NCBI GenBank assembly: GCA_030390025.1
Contig: CM059447.1
Location: 3,472,001-3,536,000, forward strand
From: Squalus acanthias
Lineage: Eukaryota
Reading direction: 5' to 3'
Length of the DNA stretch: 64,000 nt
Positions 48,282-59,982 of the stretch are shown here, piece after piece. How positions within the stretch are numbered: the first letter of the stretch is position 1; the number at the start of each line of letters is the position of its first letter. The position numbers were made by a program, and so were the translations under genes. Below the pieces are notes generated by a model. The model saw only the letters and a program-made list of their open reading frames with translations, made no database searches and had not been told where the DNA came from.

Positions 48282-48756
48282 AAATCCAAGAATGAGTTAA
48301 AATCCAAAAATGTAAGCTTTGCGGCTGCCCTGCTCAGTTGCAGGTCTGAGCTGAGCTGGTGGGCAGGGTGCCAAAGGCATTGAGGATTCCCCACAGGAGA
48401 AAAGGAAAATTGGTTGGAGTATCCTGACTGGGTGGCACCTTGGACCTTCTAGCAGACAAAGATGGGCATTGGCTGTGATCTGGATGCAGGCTTCTCACCC
48501 ATCCTTTCACAAGATTACAAGATAATTACAGATGAGGAAGGCCGTTTAGCCCATTTTAATTTATCCATCCAAGAGAGATCCTAACGTTTATCTCTCTTTG
48601 GCTCCTCCCCCCCCCCCCCCCCCCCCCCCCCGGGCATTATAGCATCCAATTGTTTCTTGAATAATTCCAGGGTTTTTGTCTCCACTACTCGATCTGGAAG
48701 AAAAATTTCTAGCCATCAGTCCTAAACTTACCATTTACTAGTTTGAACCTTGTTCT

Positions 48757-49135
48757 CGGTGTCAACCTTGGCTTAGTGGTCAGAAGGTAATCTAGCCTGA
48801 CATTTCAGTGTAGTAGGAAGTACTGCATTGTTGAGGGTGCCAGCTTTTGAATGAGATGTTAAACAGAGGCTCTGTCTGCCTTCTCAAGTGGGTGTAAAAG
48901 ATCGCATGGCACTATTTAACAAAGACCAGGGACGTTCCTCCAGTTTCTTGGCTAACATTCACTTCTCAACCAACCACTAAAACTGTTCAATGTGGGATTT
49001 TACTATGGGCACATTGCATTTCCCTACACTACAACAATGCCTATGCTTTAAAAGTACTTGATTAGCTGTGAAGTTCTTTGGGACATCCTGAGATTGTGAA
49101 AGGCACTACATAAATGCAAGTTGTTTCTTTTCTTT
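48757..49135 (+). mobile_element. Degenerate SacSINE1-like copy
   Basis: Deu core and AAGGCACTACATAAATGCAAGTT tail. Confidence 0.7.
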
Positions 49136-49804
49136 CATACTCCTGCAGTTGCATAAAAACTAACCAAAAATAGAATTTAGAAACTCAGGTAAAATTGAAT
49201 TGTAATTTTTTTTCCCTTTTTTTTTATTTGGGTGTTCAAGTGCACTTTGTTGAGTTATTATATGTATTGGTGCACATTCACATTTTCTGAAACCATTGTG
49301 TGACTAAGGGTACATTCATTCACATGTATATTTCATGAGGTCATTGTATATTTACATGTATAATTCCACACATTTTATGGGTGTGGGCATTTGCATACAT
49401 AGTTTGTTGAGTCACTGAGCATCCTAGTTTGCACATTGTCCTTGAATGTTGTTCATGACACACAGTTGCCCGGTGGCCCCAAGGGAGCGAGTCACACAGA
49501 AGGATGTGTAGGTGGCAGGTGACTTAATGCTTGTTTGTCGTGGAATGTTAATCTATTTGTAATGCTTGATTCAGTTGATTCTAGTTCGTAATCAGATGGT
49601 ATTTCCTTATTCTTAAAATTACTAAATAGTAGCAGATAATGACTTGAAAAGAGAAGGCGATATAAATCGGGAAGTAATAATGAGGTGACACTGAGCTTGG
49701 CTTTTAGGAAGGGGGAAGGGAGCTTTGAGGTCCTGGAGATGAATTAGATGGAGTAGGAAACATTGCTACAAATCTTGATTTCAACACAGAGGATAAAGAA
49801 GGAA

Positions 49805-50020
49805 AAAGAAAGACTTGCATTTCTATAGTGCCTTTCATAACCTCAGGATGTCCCAAAGTGCTTTACAGCCAATGAAGTACTTTTTAAGTGTAGTCACTGT
49901 TGTAATGTAGGAAACGCAGCAGCCAATTTGTGCACAGTAAGCTCCCATGAACAGCAATGTGATAATCAGATAATCTGTTTTAGTGATGTTGGTTGAGGGA
50001 TAAATATTAGCTCGGACAGG
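49805..50020 (-). mobile_element. SacSINE1-like 3' fragment
   Basis: Reverse complement of the 608-1077 tail. Similar fragments lie at about 24112-24315 and 63220-63330. Confidence 0.7.
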
Positions 50021-50179
50021 AAGAAAAATGCATAGAATGAGATAACTGCAGTTTAGGAGGAACAAGAAAGGAAAGTTATGAGAAGCCTGTGCTATTCTGT
50101 TACTGCAAGGTTTGATAGGTATATCAAATATTGCTTGGCCACTGTTTTTAATTTTGTTCTAGTTTCTTCTACAGAAAGT

Positions 50180-51841
50180 ATGGTTCTTAATGAATACTTT
50201 GCGTCTGTTTTCACAAAAAAGAGGTACGATGCAGACATTGCAATCAGGGAGGAGGAGTGTGAAATATTAGATGAAATAAACATAGTGAAAGAGGAAGTAT
50301 TAAGGGGTTTAGCATCTTTGAAAATGGATAATTCCCCAGGCCCGGATGACTGGTAAGAGAGGAAATAGCCGAGGCTCTGACCATCATTTACCAATCATCT
50401 CTGGCTACAGGTGTGGTGCCAGAGGACTGGAGGACTGCTAACGTGGTACCGTTGTTTAAAAAGGAGAAAGGGATCGACCAAGTAATTACAGGCCAGTCAG
50501 CCTAACCTCAGTGGTGGGAAAATTATTGGAAAAAATTCTGAGGGACAGGATAAATCTTCATTTAGAAAGACACGGATTAATCCGGGACAGTCAGCATGGA
50601 TTTGTTAAGGGATGGTCGTGTCTGACTAACTTGATTGAACTTTTTGAGGAGGTAACGAGGAGGGTCGATGAGGGTAGTGCATTTGATGTAGTCTATATGG
50701 ATTTTAGCAAGGCTTTTGATAAGGTCCCGCATGGCTGACTAGTCACGAAAGTAAAAGCCCATGGGATCCAAGGCAAAGTGGCAAGTTGGATCCAAAATTG
50801 GTTCAGAGGCAGGAAACAAAGGGTAATGGTTTCCAGTGGGGTTCCGCAGGACTCAGTTATGGGTCCTTTGCTTTTCGTGGTATATATCAATGATTTGGAC
50901 TTGAATGTAGGAAGTATGATTAAGAAGTTTGCAGATGATACAAAAATTGGCCGTGTGGTTGATAATGAAGAAGAAAGCTGCAGACTGCAGGAAGATATCA
51001 ATGGACTGATCAGGTGGGCAGAACAGTGGCAAATGGAATTCAATCTGGAGAAGTGTGAGATAATGCATTTGGGGAGGGCTAACAAGGCAAGGGAATACAC
51101 ATTAAATGGTAGGACACAGAAGTGCAGAAGATCAGAGGGACCTTGGAGTGCGTGTCCACAGATCCCTGAAGGTAGCAGGACAGGTAGATAAGGTGGTTAA
51201 GAAGGCATACGGGATACTTACCTTTATTAGCCGAGGCATAGAATATAAGAGCAAGGAGGTTATGCTTCAACTGTATAAAACACTAGTTGGGCCGCAGCTA
51301 GAATACTGCGTGCAGTTCTGGTCAACACATTACAGGAAGGATGTGATTGCACTAGAAGGGGTGCAGAGGAGATTTACGAGGATGTTGCCTAAGCTGGGGA
51401 ATTTTAACTGAGGAAAGATTGGATAGGCTGGGGTTGTTTTCTTTGGAACAGAGGAGGCTGAGGGGAGACCTAACTGAGGTGTATAAAATTGAGGTGCCTA
51501 GATAGAATGGATAGGAAGGACCTATTTCCCTTAGCAGAAGGGTCAATAACCAGGGGGCATAGATTTAAAGTAATTGGTTGGAGGTTTAGAGGGGATTTGA
51601 GGAGAAATTTTTTAACCCAGAGGGTGGTGGGGATCTGGAACTCCCTGCCTGAAAGGGTGGTAAAGGCAGAGACCCTCATCACATTTAAAAAGTACTTGGA
51701 TATGCACTTGAAGTGCCATAACCTACAAAGCTACGGACCAAGTGCTGGAAAGTGGGATTAGGCTGGATAGCTTTGCTGGCCAGCACGGACAAGATGGGCC
51801 GAATGGCCTCCTTCTGTGCTGTAAATTTCTATGATTCTATG
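50180..51841 (+). mobile_element. 5'-truncated CR1 LINE (second subfamily)
   Basis: LNEYFASVF, SPGPD, MDFSKAFDKVPH, KFADD, TQRVVGIWNSLP. TTCTATGA tail. Confidence 0.93.
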
Positions 51842-53949
51842 AAAGACTGAAATTCCCTTGTCTGTATTGAGTTAAGCTATCTAGGGTGGTCGTGGGGACC
51901 GTCCTATGGGCTCACTATCTCAAAGATCAGTACAGGTGAGGAGACTATTCAGCTCACTAGCTTATTCTTGCATAGAAACTTAAAATCCCCCATCACGTTG
52001 CCTGACTGCCTCGAGTGAATTCAGAGTGTCCCTGGCCTGGAAGAGGTGGAGGAAATTTATTCGAATTCCCACTCATAACTATCCAGCCACTCCTTTTTGA
52101 ATGTACTTGTACTAATCGGATGTAGACAGGATCATGCTCTGTTGAGATTGCTCCCACAGTCAAACAGACTAAAATGACAATAACTAAGCAGTAACCTGCT
52201 TGGGTGTGAACCATACTCCACCATGCCTTTAAGAGAGGAGGGCTAAGAGAATTTTTTTTTCCCAAGTGTTTTCTCTCCACTCCCACCCTAGAACAGATTC
52301 TATCACATACTAAAAGAAATGGGTATCTCAGTTCCTCATTTCCATTATTGGCTGGATTAACTGGTGTACAGACTTGTAGTCCAGACTGTGATAGATGTTC
52401 TCTTGAAGATTGGCAAGCTATAGTGTTGAAAATACTTTTACCAGATGCAAAATATAATAACGATCCATTCCTTTTTAATTAACAATTACATAAACCAAGC
52501 ATTCCAATGTGTTCTGTTGTAAGTTTTTAAATGGGTGTGGAAATCATTTGTCTTTACTGTTGAATGAAGAATATTTTGGCTGGTCTTTTTGTATTTTGAG
52601 TCTTTCGCTGACTTTATTGCAGCTGGAACAGTCATAATATGCAGGGCCGAGTCCGTGTAAGTTGATATGAAATGGCTTTCGGCCATCAAGGGAAAAAGTT
52701 TAGGAAATGTGAAAACATAAAACCGTAGTCCGAGGAACCTTTACAGCATTTTAATTCTGGCATGATGTAACATACTGAGAGGAAGTGGGAGGGAGAAATG
52801 AGGAAGTGGGAGGGAGAAAAAAGGAAGTGCTTTGTTTACTGTAGAACAATGATGTGAAATATGCAACATGGTGTTAAACAGGAGTCTAGACATGGAAAAT
52901 GCAAGCAGACTCCAGTTTGATATGTCTCCTAGTCACATAGGCTGCATTAACAGAGACAACTGGACTCGGTGCCAGATCGTGATAATCCATACTGCATTTA
53001 TTCCAGGAAAAAAAAACGCTCATTTATTTTGTTTAAAATAGCCTTGTAGTCTTTTCAGCAAATCAAGCCCCTCATTTTTAGGGAAATGAACAGTGGGTGC
53101 CTGTGACATTTGCTATTACAGATCCTGAGGTAGATTATGTACTTATAACGTGGAACAACTCTCCATTCTCACTAACTCCGGACCACCATTTTCAAAAGAG
53201 CCAACAGTGATCTTTGTTCTCAGGCCTTTGGTTTGCCAACAACTGTTTTTGTTTCCCCTTTCCTCAAGATTATATCATATGTTATCCTCATTGATTGGGT
53301 AGCCAGTGTTACAGCTCCTGATGGTTTCTGCTGATGCTCAGTGCAACTTGGGTTATGCTGTTAGGAACATATGGAACAATAAGAGGAGAGGCCAATCCTA
53401 TTTCCTCCACAAGACATCCTGGTTTGAGATTGCCCTCGCTCCCACCTACACCCTTGCAAATGGAGGTCAGAGCACATAGCAGTCAAGGCTAGGAGTTGGA
53501 TCTACCGTAATAGAGTATCGTAGTCAGGCATCTCCAAACTACCAAGCTATCTTTTGTTTTCTTGTTGGTCTTCTTGAGTGCCTGGGAGTGAGTGCCTGAT
53601 TGGTTGGTTGTTAGATCCATCGGATACATCGTTGTTGACGAGAGACATTAAAATCTGACAAAATGTTCCAAACTAGATACTCCTGAGAGCCTTTGAAATG
53701 GGCTTCATTTTATATGATTAGGACATGTAAGGATACAAATCTACTGTAACTATTGGCCTGAGAGCAGTAGCTACAGTCAGTATTGGTTCAAGCCAGGCAG
53801 TATCACATTTAAACTTCCTGGTTTAAACTCCAGTTATTGTGTCCAAAACAAAACTCTGCGCATGCATACTTAAATTAATTTACACTTGTTTGCAGAGTTC
53901 CTTAGCCTGCGGTTAAAATTTAAAGCATGTGATTGTGAGAACTTTCACC

Positions 53950-54452
53950 CTTCACCCTCCATAAACTTAAGCTTATCCAAAATTCTGCTGCCCATTTTCT
54001 ATCTCACTTAAAGTCCCATTCACCTCTTACCCCTGTTCTTGCTGACCTGCATTGGCTGACGGGCCTCCAGTTTAAATCCATTTATGGTCTTGCCCCATCT
54101 ATCTCTGTAACCTCCTCCAGCCCTACAACACCCCCTCTGCGTTCCTCTGAGCTCTTGTGCAGCCCCCCTCCTCCCTTTGCACCACCATTGGCGGGCATGC
54201 CTTTAGCCATCTAGGCCCTATGCTCTGGAATTCATTCCTTAAATCTCTCCACCTTTCCACTTCTCTCTCTTCCTTGAAGACCTTCCCCCCCCCCCCCAAC
54301 TTAAAATCCACATTTTTAACCAAGCCTTTGTTCACCCCTTCCAATATGTCCTTTGGCTTGGTATCCATGTTTGTCTGACTGCGCTTCTGTGAAGAGCCTT
54401 GGGACATTTTTCTATGCTAAAGATGCTATATGAATGTAAATTGTTGTTGCTG
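53950..54452 (+). mobile_element. L2 LINE 3' fragment
   Basis: TTIGGHAFSHLGPMLWNS; colinear with 31255-31787. Confidence 0.8.
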
Positions 54453-56249
54453 TTGACCTCAAGCTGTTGTGCTTAAAGCAGTTGTTCTTCCCCAAATATG
54501 TTTCCCTTGCAGCTGTCTCTACTTGTCTCCCACTCACTAACTATTTATTTTTCAAGTTTTCTGTCCTCTTGACTGACCTTAGAGTTCCACTCATTTCGGT
54601 CTTAAGTGCTGCTTCTCTTTGTCATACTGACTCTTAGCAGTTTCTCGTGCCAATTAGAACCGTGCCTATGAAAAGCATCCGAGTACTTCAGTTCAGATTG
54701 CGGCTGCCATCCAATTAATTGTTATGTTATGTAATGTCATTCATAGGTTTTCATTCATGGGATCTACCAGGTGATTTTCAGGGTGTCTGGGGTCTTCAGA
54801 TTTCTACCCTTCTATTGTTCGGGTCTGGGACTTTCTTGAAAACCAATGATGTAATATGTTGGATGTGGTATTTGAATTTAATTCACAAAATCTGGACTAC
54901 CTTGGACCTAGTGGTGGAATTGTCTACTCCAGTTACAGTATTTTGTGTGTAATTATTTTACTGTTTAAAATTACAAACTCTTGTGCATTAATTGTAGTGA
55001 AGGTCTGTTAAATTTACAATGAGTATGAACAATTTGGGATTGGTGACATTTAAAGGAATGACGTAAATGAACCCTTGGAAGGCATTTAGCACATGTCATT
55101 ATGTGTACTAAAGTAACCAATCAGAAGCCGTTTGTATTTTTTCTGACTAAAATGACATGTATTTAATCAACTGCCCCAAGTGACCATGAATATTACAGGT
55201 TTTTTAGTAATATCTGAGGTTAATGTCAAGTTTTCATCAACTGCTGGGCTTTGAAGACCATTTAAAGTCATTTCAAGTAGACTGATGGGCACTGAACAGT
55301 TGGCAGCCTAGGTTGCTGGTGAATTATTTTTTTGGGGGGAGGGGGGAGGGGATCAACAAAAGGAATGCACTGTTTACCAACTACAGTGCATTCCTTGTTT
55401 AAAGCTGAATAGCCCACAAATTATCATTTTGTAATATATTCAGTAGTAGTCCTCTTTTTAAAGGACCATTCTGTCATGGCTCCAGTTTTAAAAACCCAGT
55501 TAATACTGCATAATTTAGCAATGTTGTCATTAGGATTTCAGTAAAGTATAATAGTGGTCATGTGAAATTTTCCTGCCATGTCCATTTGAACTGTTAGTGA
55601 CACTCAGCAGTATAAAAGTATAGATTTTGCCCATCTAGGCTTGAATACTAGGATGGAGTTGGTAGTAGTGGGAACAAATTTGAGGTGATAATTAAGGGTA
55701 TTGCATAATGCTGACTTTACTTCAAAGTAATTCATTGTATGTGAAGTACTTTGAGAAGTTTGGTGATGAGGTAATATGATTGCAAGGCTTTCTTTCTTTC
55801 ATACCCTAGGAGTCTGGCAAGAGATCTGAAACTTGCTTTGTGTGGAATTGTGATATTTAATGGATTTTAACAAATACTTAGTGGAAATTTAACAGTGGTG
55901 GGGAGGAAAGCTGCTTTAATAGTGCGCTAAGATCTATGCTTGAAATCATTCTTCTGGGATGCCAACCATCGCAAATCCCAGCAAGTTTACTTTTGAGTTG
56001 TTGCTGACTGAGCCAGCGCCACCAACATGAGTCTTGTGCAATATAAAAGTAGCTGAAGATAACTGTGCTGTGAGTGATATCTACAGGACTGAGGGATCGC
56101 CTGTGCTACTGAGCAGATGCAGTGAAACTAATCCCCCCATTAGACGTTCTGTTCCATATATGTGGAGAGGATCTGATTCTGTTCAAACCATGCAATGTAA
56201 AATATAGTTTCTTTAAGATGGGTTGCTACAGGAGAAACACCACTAAATC

Positions 56250-57050
56250 AAAAGCAAAATACTGCAGATGCTGGAAATCTGAAATAAAAGAAAGTGCTGG
56301 AAATATTCAGCCGGTCAGGCAGCGTCTGTGGAGAGAGAAACAGTTAATGGCCCAGATATTCCGATCCCTACGGGTGGGTACGCACTGTGTACCCACCCGT
56401 AGGGTCATCGGAAATGCCGGTTTCAGGCATGCACAGCGCATGCGCTGAAAACCGGCATTTCCGATCTGTCAAGAATGGTCTGCTTTTACCAGGATAAGAG
56501 TTGGAAAAAAGTTAAAATTTTTTCACTGATTTATCATTTAAAAATACTTTAAAAAAAGGTAAGTTTATTTTTAGCCCCGTAAAAAATAAATTTTTTTCAA
56601 AATACTTTATTGTAATTTCAAGTCATTTTTAAAAGGTGATTTAAAAAAAAAAAAAATTTATTTAAAGTTTTACTATGTTTTTGGGGTGATCTCCATTCAT
56701 ATATTTGACAGGTCTTCCTGTCAAGTGTATGAAGGGAGATCGGCTCTCATGGCCCACGTGATCTCAGGGACGCTGTGAACTACATGCACCTCTGGGATAC
56801 GTGGGCCCTGCACACTTGGAGTTTGGAGAGGCCCGGGAGTGGAAGCGTGTGCGTCCCGGGAGCCCTCAAGTAAGGGCGTAGATTTTTCCAGATCGCAGGC
56901 CTCCGCCCGCGGGAGGCCTGCGATCGGAAAATACGGGCCATTGTTTCAAGTGGTCAGAAAGGTCATCAACCTGAAACGTTAACTCTGTTTCTCTCTCCAC
57001 AGATGCTGCCTGACCTGCTGTGTATTTCCAGCATTTTCTGTTTTTATTCC
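56250..57050. mobile_element. Penelope-type inverted terminal remnant, split by the MITE
   Basis: GCTGGAAATA...CAGGCAGCGTCTGTGGAGAGAGAAACAG and its inverse CTGTTTCTCTCTCCACAGATGCTGCCTGACC...TATTTCCAGC. Confidence 0.6.
56349..56939. mobile_element. Non-autonomous TIR element, same family as 7521-8283, opposite orientation
   Basis: TIR GGCCC...TTCCGATC; shares the TTTGACAGG/CCTGTCAA palindrome and the GGCCCACGTGATC block. Flanks AAT/ATT. Confidence 0.75.
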
Positions 57051-58428
57051 TCTAAATCAAATGCTGACTGCCCGCACAGATCAGTAATCCAAACAGGGGT
57101 GATAACTTTGAAAAGAGCACTTCCTGTAGGCACGAAGAATTGGGGCAGACTTTTGCCAGCTTGTTTAGTTTATTTTGTAGACTGTGTAAAAATATGTATG
57201 TGTATGTATATGTGTATAATATATAAAATTCCTTCAGACATTAGAACTTAACACTAGTTCACAGACCAGGACTGATTGCAAAGCAAGCAAACTCTTTCAA
57301 GTCAAAAATCACGCTTAAAATTTGCAGCAGGAGCTACGACTGCAGCTTGTTAATTGGTTCAATTGGAGGGAGAGTCGCTATTGAAATATAACTATGCTGG
57401 AGGATGGGATGGAATGCAATTCTATCGGTGGTTGTTCTGCTCTACTCTTCCAGCATTGTGATATTAAGTGGCAACTCTAACCCTGCTCTGACTCCATATT
57501 TCAGTTGCTGCTCCCACTGCTGATTTTAAACCCTGATATTGTATTTAAATGACAGTTCATCTTTCCAACTTGCTCACACTGCTCCTTAATTGCCATCAGT
57601 ATCTCATGTATCAAATTCTGAGCACTTACCTGGTAATAGCTTGGATTAGTGGTGTTCTATATTAAAAGTGCAGAATATTTTTTTTTAAACTATCCATGGT
57701 TCTCGAGTGACGTGGCACAGATGATTTTTCACGATGGCTGCATTGATGATTGCATTTATCCTCCTTTCGTGTGTGTGTGTGCTACACCAGTGCAGCTGAC
57801 ATTACCCCTCGTGTACACAAGAATTTCACTAAGAATTAGCAGTGATGCAGTAGCTTCATAAGCCTGACTTGCAGTTTGAATGTTAAGAATATATGCGTCA
57901 GTAGTGGGTTATGTATGCGACTGCAATTTCAGGATGACCGGTTATATTTATAAACCTGTATAAAAGCTGTGTGGCATGCCTCTTTGATAATTTCTTAACA
58001 CCCCTTATTTTGGAACAAAAGACAATTTTGACATAAATTGGTACAAAATCTTTACCCTGTACTCCTCTTGAAGCGTGCTGCAGATTGTGAAGCATAGTAT
58101 CTCTAGGAGCTGGGATTACAGAATTCAAATGGGAATGTCACTGATTTATTGCCAAGCAGCACAATACATACCTAAACCTAGTTGTAGGAATTTCTGTTGA
58201 TGGTGTTTTATGGTTCGTAAGAGCAGCTAGGGGTGACTTGTTCTTCTGCCCCCTTGCACAGTGGGGAAGCTCAAGCTTCCACTCATTCTTGCTCATAATA
58301 TCATGGCTGAAGCCAGGAACTCCGAGTGGGAGTTGAATCGATTTATCACGATTCCAGGTTACACTATAAAACTATCTGTTTTACACTCCTCACTCTCCTC
58401 CTCTCCTCCTATAATTTCCATGTGTTGT

Positions 58429-58885
58429 AAGAAAGAAATAACTTACATTTATATAGTGCCTTTCATTACTTCAGGACATCCCAAAGTGCTTCATAGCCAC
58501 TGAAGTACTTTTTAGGTGTAGTTAGTGTTGTAATTTATGGAAACGCAGCAGCCAATTTGCACACAGCAAGTCTCTCAAATATCAGTGAGATTAATGACCA
58601 GATAATCTGTTTCTGGTGGTGTTGCTTGAGAGATAAATGTTGACACCGGGAGAGCACCCCTGCTCCTCTTCAAATAGTACCATGAGATCTTTTACATCCA
58701 CCTGAGAGGGCAACAATACCTTGGTTTAACGTCTCATTTGAAAGACTGCACTTCTGACTGTGCAGCCCTCCGTTGGTACTGCACTGAAGTGTCGGCCTAG
58801 ATTATGTGCTCAAGTCTGGAGTGGAACTTGAACCCATGGCCATCTGACTTTGATGAGAGTGCTACCACTGAGCCAAGTCTGACAC
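58429..58885 (-). mobile_element. SacSINE1-like DeuSINE, near full length
   Basis: Reverse-complement match to 608-1077 along its length. Confidence 0.82.
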
Positions 58886-59278
58886 CTTGTATACTTTCCT
58901 AACTGAAAGGATATACACAAGACCTTCGCCCCTACTTCTACCAATATCGCATTCTGTGGGTGTCTGATAACCGCTTGGTGTGATCATTTGAGGGTTTTAC
59001 CTACGCTTTTTTTTCTTGTGGGAATGCACCTAATTTCTACCTGGTGTCAAGTCAGGGTGGTGCAGCTACAATTGAGAAATTGTGGCTGAGAAGCCATGTC
59101 ATCTCATTGGTACTACTGTGCATTTAGTTACTGGACCATCAGTAATATTTTTGTAATTTTAAAAATCATATCGTGACTAGAAAGCAATTGATGTCATGAC
59201 CTTTGTGGCATGCTTAATGTTGCATGAGTTTATAGTATGCAGCTACACTGCAGTGCTAATTCCATATTTTGTCAGGAT

Positions 59279-59982
59279 AGCCCGGAATTTGCAGTTGTAA
59301 TGACGGCAAAGCACATGCGCAGTTAAACACGGAAATCCGGAAGTTGCTGCTGGTGATGACCTGCTCCTCCACAGGGTGCGCTGTTGCAGTCTTCGCAGAT
59401 GCAGTCAACACAGAATTCGTGATTTGACGTGAATTTCAACTTTTTACGCACTATTCTTGCTGTAAGAACCATTGAAAATGTTAAGCCTTGTTGAATGAGG
59501 TGTAACTGAGTTTTTAAACGGTGTATTCAGTCATAATTACTGCCTGAACAACTTCCCTGGCCCTGAAAAACTAATTTTATAAGTGAGGAGTGTGATTCCC
59601 TCCATTCCATAGATTTTTAAAATAAAAATGAATTATTTTTTCAAGTTTGGTCATGATATTTCAGCTTCTACCTTAATCCCATGTATATGTCCCAATCTTT
59701 ATTTTGCTATCTGTAAAATAATTAAAAAGTGAATGATAATCAGTGCTTTTTACTTCCTGGTGTGCTGTCTGTGAGACTTCTTCAATTTGATTGGCTGCTC
59801 AGCCTGCTTGATGACTTCACTGTCCCTGGATGTCACAGATCCCCTATACGTGGCGCCAGATTGAAACTGACGACAGAATAGGGGAAATTGAGGCCCCAGA
59901 GCCCGCTAAATCTTTGTGGGTAGCTTTCTTTGAGGTCAGCGGCGAGCGCCGTCCCTTTGGCACTGACTGCAAAATCTGGGCA
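59279..59982. mobile_element. Non-autonomous TIR element (PIF/Harbinger-like)
   Basis: GCCCGGAATTTGCAGT ... ACTGCAAAATCTGGGC, with GAT on both flanks. Confidence 0.65.

Noticed and set aside
48607-48631. Poly-C tracts (also about 2120, 20624, 21464)
   Set aside because: Simple homopolymers, with lengths that are unreliable in assemblies.
56945-56985. Penelope-associated hammerhead ribozyme
   Set aside because: The stem II/GAAAC half is present (AGGTCATCAACCTGAAAC), but the CTGANGA core is missing in this copy.
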